A stretch of 64,000 nucleotides of DNA from Sphingobacterium sp. (GTDB lineage: Bacteria > Bacteroidota > Bacteroidia > Sphingobacteriales > Sphingobacteriaceae), in contig JALAGS010000080.1 in the NCBI GenBank assembly GCA_022712315.1, positions 21,209 through 85,208 on the forward strand, read 5' to 3'. The first letter of the stretch is position 1, and each line of letters begins with the position of its first letter. Shown piece after piece: positions 10,994-21,191 of this stretch. A program made the position numbers and the translations under genes. Below the pieces are notes generated by a model. The model made no database searches. It was not told the DNA's origin and saw only the letters and a program-made list of their open reading frames with translations.

Positions 10994-11032
10994 AAAACGG
11001 GGCTATCCAACTTTCTTGGATAGCCCCGTTTT
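10994..11032. terminator. Bidirectional hairpin terminator after metG (member of repeated hairpin family)
   Basis: 17-bp perfect stem AAAACGGGGCTATCCAA/TTGGATAGCCCCGTTTT. Confidence 0.85.
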
Positions 11033-11136
11033 TATGCCATTTTATGCGTCGCGCCCTCAACAGCATTTCAGCTATTCATTCTCGAAGGGTTTGACCAGAC
11101 TTTTAGCCCCTTCGCTTTTTTCTGTTATTACTTTCG

Positions 11137-11931
11137 CTAGAACAGTATACTCTGCAACCGCTTCTTAAACGCCTTCTCATCCAGATAGTCATAAACGGTA
11201 TCTTTCAGCTTCTTTACGATTTCTGCCCTGGATTCCGCAACAACTTTTTTCTTTTTGGTCAGGACATTCGAAAATGCAGTATTGGTAATTTCGACCTTTG
11301 TTGCAAACATATTTACGTTCATACTCGGGATGGATATCCCCATGACCAGCCCTGGGAGGCCATGAATGAGTTCGGGACCGCCCGAGATGGGAATTTGTCC
11401 CGCAAAAAAAGCGACAACATAGACCGAATCCTGAATAATACCATTGGCTCTCCGGCAATCATACCCAGCAATATTTCGGTATTCATCGGTATACTTCCAT
11501 TTTACCGCAGGTAATGAATCTTTGAGCAACAGCTGTTCATCTCCAAAAGGGAGCAATTTTAAAAATTCCTGATTCTGAAAATTAATATATGTCTTTGAAT
11601 CTGGAAGAATGGAATTATAGTGGGTCACATTACGATAATTTGCAGGATAATCTTCCTGTACCGTTTCAAACAGGGTTTCGTTATCGTAAAATTTAAGAAT
11701 ATGATGGGTCACAACTTCAGCAGGCCCATTCTTCACCGCATTATCGACCATCAGCTTATCCCATGTATCTAAATCTGGCTTGCTGAGATAATTACGCTTT
11801 AAGAAATTCTGCACATGGAACTTCCGTTCATAAGTCACCGTTCCACTGCTTGGAAAATAAGCATGTTGTGCATGAGCCGTAGTCGTAGACAGCAGTAGGA
11901 CCCAAAACATCAATTTAAAATACTTTATCAT
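11137..11931 (-). CDS. GLPGLI family protein
   Basis: Signal peptide; WKYTDEYRNIAGYDCRRA and GGPELIHGLPGLVM signature. Confidence 0.9.
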   Translation of the reverse strand: MIKYFKLMFWVLLLSTTTAHAQHAYFPSSGTVTYERKFHVQNFLKRNYLSKPDLDTWDKLMVDNAVKNGPAEVVTHHILKFYDNETLFETVQEDYPANYRNVTHYNSILPDSKTYINFQNQEFLKLLPFGDEQLLLKDSLPAVKWKYTDEYRNIAGYDCRRANGIIQDSVYVVAFFAGQIPISGGPELIHGLPGLVMGISIPSMNVNMFATKVEITNTAFSNVLTKKKKVVAESRAEIVKKLKDTVYDYLDEKAFKKRLQSILF

Positions 11932-12001
11932 TTGGCATCTCCTTTCATCTGTAAATAATTTAATTTTTCCATCGGCCAGATGGCTTTTTCTGTTAATTTA
12001 A

Positions 12002-14788
12002 TCATGGACGGTTCATTGTTGTAAAATTGTAGATCACTTTTAGCATTCCATAACGGCGCAATACATCGTTACTGGTCTGGATAAATGACGTTCCATTCTG
12101 GTAACGATACACTCCATTATTTTTGTTCAAAATATCATTGACAAATACCTGTACCTCGAGGGACTTATCTTTCAATAATTTTTTGGAAACATAACCATTC
12201 ATATTAATCATATTAATAGATTCAAGCGTTTTCGTCGCGGCCTGATAATTCTGGTTTGTCGACAGGGAAATTTTGAAATCTTTTGGTAAATAATACGTAA
12301 TCTCCGAGAACGTCCTAAATTTAAACGTCGTGCGATTTAACTCAGGTTGCAAATAGGAATTCATCTGCTCCACACCAGGACTCATGGAGATGTAAAAATC
12401 CATTTTATTGGCCTTGTATCGACTGAAACCAAGGCTCGGCGCCACACTCCATGTTTGATTTCTATTGAGCTCAGGCGCTTCGTTGTAAGAAGACAAATAG
12501 CTAAACTGGCTGTTATACTGCGCATTCATGCCCAGATTCATTTTTAATCCCCATTTTTTCTTCAATACAAAACTGTATCCTCCACCGCCATACATACGCC
12601 AATTGTCTTTATCAATATTGACGTAGGAAATTTGCTGCGTACCTTTATCTAGATCATAGCGCACGCTATTGTTGATACTTTTCTTTCCTTGATCTGCACT
12701 GACATAAAAATAAATACTCTGATCCTTTAACTGCTTGTAGTTATTGAAATTAATGGAATAGGAATTATTAAAGCCCGCTTTCAGATCTGGATTGTCCAAA
12801 TACTCAACGAGTGGCTGGGCATTTTGTTTCAACGGCTCTATTTGCGTCAACGAAGGCTGGCTCGTGCGACCGCTGTAGCGGAAGCTCACATTTTTGCTTT
12901 TCGAGATTTTGTAGTTGACGGAAAGAACTGGGGCAACAGATGTCTGGTCCCGCTGCAGTATTGTATTCAGGTTGTTGTAGGTTCTCTTGACCTGCTCAAA
13001 ATCGACTCTATTGCTCACATTTACGGTTAATGTGTTCGACTTGTAATTCAAAGAGGCGTTAACACCATTTTTTAAACTATTAAAATCAAAATCATTTAAC
13101 AGGTTTTCATCGAGTACCGTATATTTTCCTGTAACCGGATCTCTATCAAATGACTGATTGAGTGTTTCCGATTGATTCTGATTGAAGGCATAACCTATTG
13201 CAGCTGTCAGCCTTTTAGACAAAGGCTCTGAATAGGTTACTGAAGCACCGTACGTAGTGTTGGTCAACTTATCGTTTTTATATTGATCGATCAAGGTTGT
13301 ATCTTCGGAAATTTGAAAGAAGTTTTCCGAAAAATACTGTGTTTTGTTGCGATTTTGATCAGTATTTGCATTGACATTGAAAGTAATGGAACGGCGATCC
13401 TTTTTGAAACGGCGTGTAAGCATTGCATTTACATTAAACTTATCCTGATCGTTATTTAAATCTGTCTTGGACGAAGTCCGTGTAATCAATGTGCCATCCA
13501 ATTTACGCTGATCTGCTTCGGAATTGGATAAATTGTCGCGGCTAGATTTGGTAAAGCCCATGGTGACGGTCAAATCTGCGAGCGAATCAAGCTTATAGTC
13601 ATACCTTAGATTCGCGATATTTGCCTGTGTTTCTGTTTCAGATGTTGTCACATTATTATCGACCTGCGCGCGTTCAGGAAGATTGTTCTGCGCATTATAG
13701 GTGCTGGTATTATTGACATTGATCTGATTCCGTTTGAAGTTGACATTGATCTTATGCTTATCATCTTTGGATTTGTCCGAATAGCTTGCCCCCATATTGA
13801 CAGCTTTGGGTACACCGCCACCATAATATTTCCCATCCCATCCTCCATCAGAACCATCGCCACTAGAAGAAACCATGATGCCGCCGCCGTCCATCACTTG
13901 CACATTGCTGCTTCCGCCCACACCATATTTCTGGCTATCTTCAAATCCTAGGCCGACCATACCATCATTGGCCAGGATACCATAGGCTGCTATTTTTTGC
14001 GAGCCCTTAAATTTATTGAGCATGACTTTGCCACCATAATATTTATCTGTCCCCGCTCCCGCGACTGCCTGACCGAACATCCCCTTTTTCTTATCTTCTT
14101 TGAGCTTGATATCAATCGTCTGCGTACGTTCTCCGTCATCCACGCCCGTACGCACGGCAAGATCAGATTTCTTTTCATAGACCTGCACTTTGCTGACCAT
14201 ATCTGACCGGATATTTTTAGTGATCAAGGTTGGGTCATCGCCGAAAAACTCTTCACCGTCAAGCAATACCTTTTTTACTTCCTTACCCTGTGCGATAATC
14301 TTACCTGATCCATCCATGGTAATACCAGGCAATACCTTCAGCAGGTCTTCTACTTTGGCATCTTTCTCTACTTTAAAACTACCTGCATCATATTCTATCG
14401 TATCGCCTTTGATCACCACAGGAATTTTACCGTTCACCTGAACCTCTTCCAAGAGCAAAGCCGCTTTAGACAGTTTTACCATACCAAGATCCATGTCTTG
14501 AGCATCGATACGAATATCCTTGACTAAATCTGCATATTGGGGATAGGAAACGACCATTTTATAGGTACCAGTATCGAGACCAGCAATTTGGAACGATCCA
14601 TTTTCCTTTGTCCGGCCAAATTTTACCAGAATCGAATCTTTGGGGTTAAGCAGCGCGACTGAAGCTTGATGTAGTTTTGCAAGATCTTTAACATCTACCA
14701 CCGACCCGACCAACTTATGCTGCGCATAGGAATGGGAACTCAGGACAGAAAGTAAAAGAAACAAAACTAGGGAATAGGTTAGTTTCAT
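12002..14788 (-). CDS. Outer-membrane beta-barrel protein (TonB-dependent-receptor-like) with N-terminal carboxypeptidase-regulatory-like domain
   Basis: Start at 14788 gives signal MKLTYSLVLFLLLSVLSSHSYA; KGDTIEY..VEDLLKVLPG, GEEFFGDDP plug-like segment; alternating beta-strand pattern ending YGMLKVIYNF. Confidence 0.85.
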   Translation of the reverse strand: MKLTYSLVLFLLLSVLSSHSYAQHKLVGSVVDVKDLAKLHQASVALLNPKDSILVKFGRTKENGSFQIAGLDTGTYKMVVSYPQYADLVKDIRIDAQDMDLGMVKLSKAALLLEEVQVNGKIPVVIKGDTIEYDAGSFKVEKDAKVEDLLKVLPGITMDGSGKIIAQGKEVKKVLLDGEEFFGDDPTLITKNIRSDMVSKVQVYEKKSDLAVRTGVDDGERTQTIDIKLKEDKKKGMFGQAVAGAGTDKYYGGKVMLNKFKGSQKIAAYGILANDGMVGLGFEDSQKYGVGGSSNVQVMDGGGIMVSSSGDGSDGGWDGKYYGGGVPKAVNMGASYSDKSKDDKHKINVNFKRNQINVNNTSTYNAQNNLPERAQVDNNVTTSETETQANIANLRYDYKLDSLADLTVTMGFTKSSRDNLSNSEADQRKLDGTLITRTSSKTDLNNDQDKFNVNAMLTRRFKKDRRSITFNVNANTDQNRNKTQYFSENFFQISEDTTLIDQYKNDKLTNTTYGASVTYSEPLSKRLTAAIGYAFNQNQSETLNQSFDRDPVTGKYTVLDENLLNDFDFNSLKNGVNASLNYKSNTLTVNVSNRVDFEQVKRTYNNLNTILQRDQTSVAPVLSVNYKISKSKNVSFRYSGRTSQPSLTQIEPLKQNAQPLVEYLDNPDLKAGFNNSYSINFNNYKQLKDQSIYFYVSADQGKKSINNSVRYDLDKGTQQISYVNIDKDNWRMYGGGGYSFVLKKKWGLKMNLGMNAQYNSQFSYLSSYNEAPELNRNQTWSVAPSLGFSRYKANKMDFYISMSPGVEQMNSYLQPELNRTTFKFRTFSEITYYLPKDFKISLSTNQNYQAATKTLESINMINMNGYVSKKLLKDKSLEVQVFVNDILNKNNGVYRYQNGTSFIQTSNDVLRRYGMLKVIYNFTTMNRP

Positions 14789-14939
14789 AAATTTTCGTTT
14801 ATATATTGTCGACGTAAATATATAAATGTTGCTACGGAAAATTCGTAAAATAATGTTAAATAATTGTATGATTAATAAAGAAACGTAATTCAGAATAAAC
14901 AAAAGGCCCTAATCTCCTTTATTCTAACGATTTCCTCTT

Positions 14940-14972
14940 AAAAAAAGAGGCGTAACTTGTTTGTTACGCCTC
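14940..14972 (-). terminator. Intrinsic terminator of Rrf2 gene
   Basis: GAGGCGTAAC/GTTACGCCTC stem with T-run on the minus strand. Confidence 0.8.
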
Positions 14973-15003
14973 AACTATAGATAGAAAAATATATTTATTT
15001 ATG

Positions 15004-15444
15004 TTAATCTACATTTAAGTTCAATTCTTTTTCCTTATTGATTAAATGGGCAATACTTGTATCGTTCAAAATCTGTAGCATGGCATTTCTCACCTCAACA
15101 AAAGTATCGCGTATGCCACATGCGTGCTCCTGCGTACATTCCTCACATGACCGGTAGAAGTTTAAACTCACGCAGGGTAGCAAGGCTATTGGCCCATCGA
15201 TTAGGCGCATCACCTGGGATAAAAACACATCTTCAGGAGCCTTATTGAGGCTGTAACCACCACCAGCACCTTTTTTGCTGTAGAGAATTCCAGCATTGCG
15301 CATCTCCAGCAGAATTTGTTCCAGGAATTTTTTTGGAATATTCTCCTCCTGTGCAATCTTCACGATTTGCATAGGTTCATTCCCGTAGTTACGACCAAGC
15401 ACCATAAGTGCCTTTATTGCATATTTTGTCTTTTTGGAAAGCAT
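15004..15444 (-). CDS. Rrf2-family transcriptional regulator (Cys-rich, possible Fe-S)
   Basis: MLSKKTKYAIKAL, IPKKFLEQIL, GAGGGYSL, IDGPIALLPC..C..C..C. Confidence 0.92.
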   Translation of the reverse strand: MLSKKTKYAIKALMVLGRNYGNEPMQIVKIAQEENIPKKFLEQILLEMRNAGILYSKKGAGGGYSLNKAPEDVFLSQVMRLIDGPIALLPCVSLNFYRSCEECTQEHACGIRDTFVEVRNAMLQILNDTSIAHLINKEKELNLNVD

Positions 15445-15469
15445 AATTTGTTAACCCCCTGTTGAATTG

Positions 15470-15477
15470 CAAATTTA
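15470..15477 (-). promoter_or_regulatory. -7 promoter element (TAAATTTG) for Rrf2 gene
   Basis: Exact TAnnTTTG match. Confidence 0.55.
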
Positions 15478-15519
15478 CGTTTTTTATTCAATAGAATAAA
15501 ACACGCAAAGTCCGCTGAT

Positions 15520-15573
15520 AAAAAAGAGCCCTTAGCACAATTTCATCCAATCGGATAACAATATGCTAAGGGC
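15520..15573 (-). terminator. Probable terminator of pafA
   Basis: GCCCTTAGCA/TGCTAAGGGC arms with a long loop, followed by T-run on the minus strand. Confidence 0.5.
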
Positions 15574-15596
15574 AAATCGTATTAAGAATTTAATTG

Positions 15597-17240
15597 TTAT
15601 TGTCCCAATACCGCCGTGATCGGCTTTCCGATACTACCATTAGGTTCGGTAATGTGCAATAGCGACGAAATTGTCGGCGCGATATCCACAATATGCACCT
15701 CCGTATTAGATACACCTGGTTTAATTCCCCAACCCATAAATACCAAAGGAATATGGGAATCATAGCCAGACCAGGTACCGTGTGTCGTACCGGTTGAACG
15801 CGGTGTACCATCGTACCATTGCGGCTCACAAACGATCTGTATGGCACCGCTGCGTTTAAAGTTGTAACCATTGATCATTTTTTCACGGATAGGTGCTGGA
15901 ATCATCAGGCTTTCTCCCTTCTCCATATCAGCAACATAAGCGACACCTTCTGTATGGCGAAGCTCCCGAATAATCGTCTCTTTTATTTTATCACGATCCA
16001 GATTCAAAGAATCGATCAATTGATTGTCTAAATGTACCTGATAATTCATCATGCTTTTCACCAGCTTCTCCTGCCCAAATTTCTCTTTAAGGGTTTTGTT
16101 AAGCCCTGTAATAATCTGGCGGGAATAGAAATAACCACCATTTCCTTTCATATCCATAAAGAACCTGGAGTTATAAGAAGCACCATGATCTGCCGTTAGG
16201 AAGAACGTATAGTTCCCTTTGCCGACGGTGTTATCTAGGTACTTGAAAAAATCAGCAAGCTGTTTATCAAGTTGCAGATAGATATCTTCAATCTCGACAG
16301 CAGTCAATGAGTAACGGTGTCCAACATAATCTGTTGCTGAAAGGCTCACACAAAGGAAATCGGTATTTTTAGTAGGATTATTTCCCATCTGCTCATTTTT
16401 AATGGCTTCCATAGCGAGATCCAAGGTAAACTGATTGCCCATCGGTGTGGTTTTGATCAGCTCATAGCCCTCATCTTTCATCAGCTTAGAAGTTGCGCGC
16501 GGCAATGTCGGTTTTTCTTCACCCGGATACTTGCCCTCATAGATATTATCATCTGCAATACTGTTGGCGCCATAAGTACTGATATCGTACATCGGCTTCC
16601 AGTCTCCTTTTAGGTACTTTTCAGCCAATTTCCGCTTATTGAAGTCCACCACCCATTTTGGTAATTTATCCATGTAGAAATTAGATGTGATCCAGTCACC
16701 GGATTTTGCTTCGAACCAATACGCCGCATCAGCAAAATGCCCTGCTGGCAAAATACCGCCGCGATCTTTGATGGCGATACCGATTACCTTAGACTTAAAG
16801 TTAGAAGCTAACTTCAATTGGTCAGTTACAGTAGATGCCAGCAAATTACGTGGCGACTGCTGTCCCTCCTTAGCGGTAGTACCTACACCGACAACATTGT
16901 CGTCCTGCGTACAATACATGTTCTTACCAGTCTGCTCTTCAATCCAGTCATTACCCGCAATACCATGTATGGAGGGAACTGAACCCGTATAAACCGAACT
17001 GTGTCCAATGGCCGTATAGGTCGGAATATAATTAATCAATGTGTTTTCACAGGAGAACCCTTCTTTCAAAAGTCGTTTGAAACCATCATTCCCGTAGCGG
17101 TCCGCAAAGCGATATAGATAATCCCAACGCATTTGGTCCACCATCAGGCCGACAACCAATTTTGGTCTTTCCGGTTGCTGCGCCATGGACGAAAGCGCCG
17201 CTATTCCAAGGACGACACTTAAAAAAAATCTTTTAATCAT
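15597..17240 (-). CDS. pafA: PafA-type alkaline phosphatase
   Basis: Signal peptide; PKLVVGLMVDQMRWDY, PTYTAIGH (Thr nucleophile), IAIKDRGGILPAGH, TADHG, HG motifs. Confidence 0.9.
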   Translation of the reverse strand: MIKRFFLSVVLGIAALSSMAQQPERPKLVVGLMVDQMRWDYLYRFADRYGNDGFKRLLKEGFSCENTLINYIPTYTAIGHSSVYTGSVPSIHGIAGNDWIEEQTGKNMYCTQDDNVVGVGTTAKEGQQSPRNLLASTVTDQLKLASNFKSKVIGIAIKDRGGILPAGHFADAAYWFEAKSGDWITSNFYMDKLPKWVVDFNKRKLAEKYLKGDWKPMYDISTYGANSIADDNIYEGKYPGEEKPTLPRATSKLMKDEGYELIKTTPMGNQFTLDLAMEAIKNEQMGNNPTKNTDFLCVSLSATDYVGHRYSLTAVEIEDIYLQLDKQLADFFKYLDNTVGKGNYTFFLTADHGASYNSRFFMDMKGNGGYFYSRQIITGLNKTLKEKFGQEKLVKSMMNYQVHLDNQLIDSLNLDRDKIKETIIRELRHTEGVAYVADMEKGESLMIPAPIREKMINGYNFKRSGAIQIVCEPQWYDGTPRSTGTTHGTWSGYDSHIPLVFMGWGIKPGVSNTEVHIVDIAPTISSLLHITEPNGSIGKPITAVLGQ

Positions 17241-17330
17241 ATTTATAAGTATTGAGTATTGAGATATTTTTAATCCTTATTCGCTGATCCAAGCTTTCTA
17301 GATCCGTTTTCAGGAACACTAAAGTAGGAT

Positions 17331-20132
17331 TTAATCTTTTAAATGTGCTTTTAAAAATTGGCCTGTATAAGAATCTTTACAATGGATGAGTTCTTCAGGA
17401 AGGCCAGCAAAGACTAGTTTCCCTCCTTTATTCCCTCCTTCCGGACCAATATCAATCACCCAGTCCGCCGATTTGATCATATCCATATTATGCTCGATAA
17501 CCAATATGCTATTACCCAAAGCAATGAGCGCGTCAAATGATTTCAACAGCTTTTTAATATCCTGAAAGTGCAGGCCTGTCGTAGGTTCATCAAAGATAAA
17601 TAGTGTCTTCTTGCTGTTATTTCCCTTAATCAGGAAAGAGGCCAATTTAATGCGCTGTGCTTCACCACCAGACAAGGTACTTGAAGATTGTCCGAGCTTC
17701 ACGTAGCCAAGCCCAACGTCCTGTAAAGGCTGTAACTTAGCCAATATCTTCGGCTGGTCTGCAAAAAACAGGATCGCTTCATCCACACTCAACTCAAGAA
17801 CATCCGCAACCGACTTATTTTTGTAATGTACATCAAGTACAAATTGCTTAAATCTTTTTCCTCCACAGGCCTCACATGGCAAAATAATATCGGCCATAAA
17901 TTGCATCTCAATCTTCACCTCGCCTTCGCCCTGACAGACATCACAACGTCCACCTTCCACATTAAATGAAAAGGCTGCCGGTTTTAACCCTGCCGCTTTG
18001 GCCGGCGCCTGGTTGGCATATAAAGCCCTGATCTCATCCCAAGCTTTCACGTAAGTCACCGGATTTGACCGTGAAGAGCGACCGATTGGATTTTGATCGA
18101 CCATTTCAACTTGTTCTACCTGTGCAATATCCCCTTCGATCGCATCATAAACACCTGTTTGTTCACCCGAATAATTACCGATTGATTTTTGTAAAGCCGG
18201 ATAAAGAATACGCTTGACCAAAGAAGTCTTTCCGGATCCCGAAACCCCTGTGACCACGGTGAATGTATTTAAGGGAAACTGAACGTCAATCCCCTTCAGA
18301 TTATTCTCGTGTGCGCCTTTAATAGTCACACTATTAGACCATGAACGGCGCTTCTGAGGGACTTCTATCTGGCTTTTTCCACTGAGATAGTGCCCAGTCA
18401 AGCTTTTAGCATCTTTCAGAATCTCCTTGTAAGTCCCTGCGAAGACCATCTCACCACCGTTGATCCCTGCTTCAGGACCGATATCGATCAGATAATCCGC
18501 AGCCTCCATCATTTCCTGCTCATGTTCGACCACAACCACTGTATTCCCAACATCGCGTAGCGATTTTAGCACGGAGATCAGACGCTGTGTATCTCGGGGA
18601 TGGAGCCCAATACTTGGTTCATCCAGTACATAAATAGATCCTACAAGCGAACTTCCCAAGGAAGTTGCTAGGTTGATCCGCTGTGATTCTCCTCCCGAAA
18701 GCGTATTTGACAACCGATTCAAGGTCAGGTAACTTAATCCAACATCACATAGAAATTGTAATCTATTATTGATTTCGGCCAGCAGCCGCTTGGCAATGAC
18801 CAGCTCATTACCGACCAGCGGTAACGTTTTAAAAAATCCCAGTGCTTCCTCTAAAGGCATCAATACGATGTCGGTAATGGATTTTCCGCCCACTTTTAAA
18901 TAAGTGGCATCCTTACGCAACCTGGTTCCACGGCAGTCTGGGCAGTCTGTTTTGCCACGATAGCGGGACAACATCACGCGATATTGAATTTTATAGGTCT
19001 GGGCTTCCAGTTCTTCAAAGAACTGCGTAAGGCCCGCAAAATATTTATTCCCGGTCCACAGCAGCTCTTTCTGTGCTGTCGTTAAATCCATATAAGCACG
19101 ATGTATCGGGAAATCAAATTTTAAGGAGTTTTTTACAAGCACCTGCAGCCACTCCCCCATTTTCTCTCCACGCCAAGGTGCAATTGCTCCATCGTAGACC
19201 GAACGGCTTTTGTCAGGGATCACAAGGTCAGGATCAATACCAATAATTTTTCCATAACCTTCACATCGCCGGCAGGCGCCATAAGGGTTATTGAAACTGA
19301 AGAAGTTTGGTGTAGGTTCTTCAAAAGTTATCCCATCAAGTTCAAATTTATGGGAGAAATGATGACGCTGACCATTTTCTTCCATATAGAGCTCACCTTT
19401 GCCTTCGAAGAAACCTGTCTGGACAGAATCAGAAAGTCGATTAATGGTATCATCATCCTGTTCTATACGGACACGGTCGACGACAATAAGCACTTCTCCA
19501 TCCTGCAAATCTTTATTGGCAATCGCCTTATCGTCGACGATAGCTTCAATTTTCTGCATGTTATCCTGATAGACGACCCGTACAAAACCTTTCTGCAGCA
19601 ATAACGACAACTCTTCCTTGAGTTTCCGTCCATGCGAAGGCACTAGCGGGGCCAAAAGTGTCAGGGTTGTCCCCTCTTCTAATTTCAGGGCAAAATCCAC
19701 CACAGAACTCACACTGTCTTTGGTCACCTCGCGACCGGATATCGGAGAAATTGTCTTTCCAATACGGGCATATAACAATTTCAGATAATCATAGATCTCG
19801 GTCGATGTTCCTACCGTCGAGCGCGGGTTGGAAGTAATCACACGTTGCTCAATCGCAATCGCCGGAGCGATACCTTTGATGTAATCCACCTCTGGCTTGT
19901 TCATACGTCCCATAAATTGTCTCGCATAGGACGACAGGCTCTCCACATAGCGCCGCTGACCTTCCGCATAAAGTGTATCGAAAGCTAAGGATGATTTTCC
20001 TGAGCCCGACATTCCAGTGATAACAACTAATTTATTTTTAGGGATATCAACATCAATATTCTTTAAATTATTGACCCTTGCACCCTTAATCTGAATATAT
20101 TCTTTTGGAGTATGCTCCACTTGTTTACTCAT
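17331..20132 (-). CDS. uvrA: Excinuclease ABC subunit A (UvrA paralog)
   Basis: Two ABC modules ([18 protein letters not shown]; [18 protein letters not shown]), CxxC Zn pairs; start moved to 20132 because a TAACTTTG promoter lies at 20151-20158. Confidence 0.93.
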   Translation of the reverse strand: MSKQVEHTPKEYIQIKGARVNNLKNIDVDIPKNKLVVITGMSGSGKSSLAFDTLYAEGQRRYVESLSSYARQFMGRMNKPEVDYIKGIAPAIAIEQRVITSNPRSTVGTSTEIYDYLKLLYARIGKTISPISGREVTKDSVSSVVDFALKLEEGTTLTLLAPLVPSHGRKLKEELSLLLQKGFVRVVYQDNMQKIEAIVDDKAIANKDLQDGEVLIVVDRVRIEQDDDTINRLSDSVQTGFFEGKGELYMEENGQRHHFSHKFELDGITFEEPTPNFFSFNNPYGACRRCEGYGKIIGIDPDLVIPDKSRSVYDGAIAPWRGEKMGEWLQVLVKNSLKFDFPIHRAYMDLTTAQKELLWTGNKYFAGLTQFFEELEAQTYKIQYRVMLSRYRGKTDCPDCRGTRLRKDATYLKVGGKSITDIVLMPLEEALGFFKTLPLVGNELVIAKRLLAEINNRLQFLCDVGLSYLTLNRLSNTLSGGESQRINLATSLGSSLVGSIYVLDEPSIGLHPRDTQRLISVLKSLRDVGNTVVVVEHEQEMMEAADYLIDIGPEAGINGGEMVFAGTYKEILKDAKSLTGHYLSGKSQIEVPQKRRSWSNSVTIKGAHENNLKGIDVQFPLNTFTVVTGVSGSGKTSLVKRILYPALQKSIGNYSGEQTGVYDAIEGDIAQVEQVEMVDQNPIGRSSRSNPVTYVKAWDEIRALYANQAPAKAAGLKPAAFSFNVEGGRCDVCQGEGEVKIEMQFMADIILPCEACGGKRFKQFVLDVHYKNKSVADVLELSVDEAILFFADQPKILAKLQPLQDVGLGYVKLGQSSSTLSGGEAQRIKLASFLIKGNNSKKTLFIFDEPTTGLHFQDIKKLLKSFDALIALGNSILVIEHNMDMIKSADWVIDIGPEGGNKGGKLVFAGLPEELIHCKDSYTGQFLKAHLKD

Positions 20133-20150
20133 AATAATCCTTATCTCACA

Positions 20151-20158
20151 CAAAGTTA
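20151..20158 (-). promoter_or_regulatory. -7 promoter element for uvrA
   Basis: TAACTTTG on the minus strand. Confidence 0.6.
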
Positions 20159-20584
20159 CGTATTCTTGGCTGATTATATTCCTGCGAATTAAAAAGCAAT
20201 TCAGCTTTCTATCACCTGAATTTCAAAAAACGTTTATGATCTCGCATGCACCGATAGCGTTGACAGTAAATTGAGGGTTCTTTCTCTTAGATAACCAATA
20301 ACCGAACTTGGTCTGTTCATTGATCCCTGCATGAACAGATGTCAATCAGTCATTTTCTAATTTTTAGTTTCCCAAACAATTATTTTCTACAATTTTTCGT
20401 TTTACAATTAATCCTTCCGAAAACAATACAGTCCCATAGGTGTTAATCTTCTACAAGAATGTAGCACTTTTTGTAGATAAAGCGTTTAAAAAAACAAATG
20501 AATCAGGTCATATTTGTTATTTTCGATAAAAAACACAAAACAAATAGATAACAAATAGGTCTTTAAAAATCAAATAACAGCGAT

Positions 20585-21091
20585 ATGAAAAAAAATGTAT
20601 TTACTGTAATAATGCTTTTAATGATTGCATTAGTATCCTCAACAACTATAAGCAAAGCGCAAATGGTTATCGACAAAATGGACTTAAGCATTTTTCCTAC
20701 CCCAGAAAAAGGTTATAAAAAGATGGTGATTGAAGTTCCTTACTCCGAAAGTGACAAGAACAAAAAAATTGAATTTTCAGTCGGTAAGTGGATGGAAGTA
20801 GATGGATGTAATTCCTTTAACCTATCGGGCACGCTGGAGAAAAAGGATCTTCAGGGCTGGGGGTACGATTACTATGTGTTCAAAACAAATGGCAATGTGG
20901 CGGGTACGTTAATGGCTTGTCCAAACAAAGAAAAAAGAAACCTTTTCGTTTCGGCGCAACCGGAAACTGTACGTTACAATGGCAGAATGCCGATTGTGAT
21001 TTATGTGCCGGAAGGGTATGATGTACAATTCAAGATTTACACCACTGATGGCGATACCTACCGCGCTGCAGAGGTAAGAACAAAAAAGTAA
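20585..21091 (+). CDS. eco: Ecotin-family serine protease inhibitor
   Basis: Signal peptide; VDGCN, LQGWGYDYY, GTLMACP reactive loop, RYNGRMPIVIYVPEGYDVQF. Confidence 0.9.
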   Translation: MKKNVFTVIMLLMIALVSSTTISKAQMVIDKMDLSIFPTPEKGYKKMVIEVPYSESDKNKKIEFSVGKWMEVDGCNSFNLSGTLEKKDLQGWGYDYYVFKTNGNVAGTLMACPNKEKRNLFVSAQPETVRYNGRMPIVIYVPEGYDVQFKIYTTDGDTYRAAEVRTKK

Positions 21092-21137
21092 CACCCATAA
21101 GTCGTTGCCAAAGCAACGCTTTAAATCATCCATAACG

Positions 21138-21171
21138 AAAAAAGCCATCGAATCAGATTCGATGGCTTTTT
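21138..21171. terminator. Bidirectional terminator between ecotin and typA
   Basis: AAAAAGCCATCGAATC/GATTCGATGGCTTTTT perfect stem. Confidence 0.88.
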
Positions 21172-21191
21172 ATATAGCGTTTAACTATTGA

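Noticed and set aside
20133-20220. SOS/LexA boxes upstream of uvrA, radA or rarA
   Set aside because: No convincing CTGT-N8-ACAG or GGA-N5-TCC match in the regions inspected
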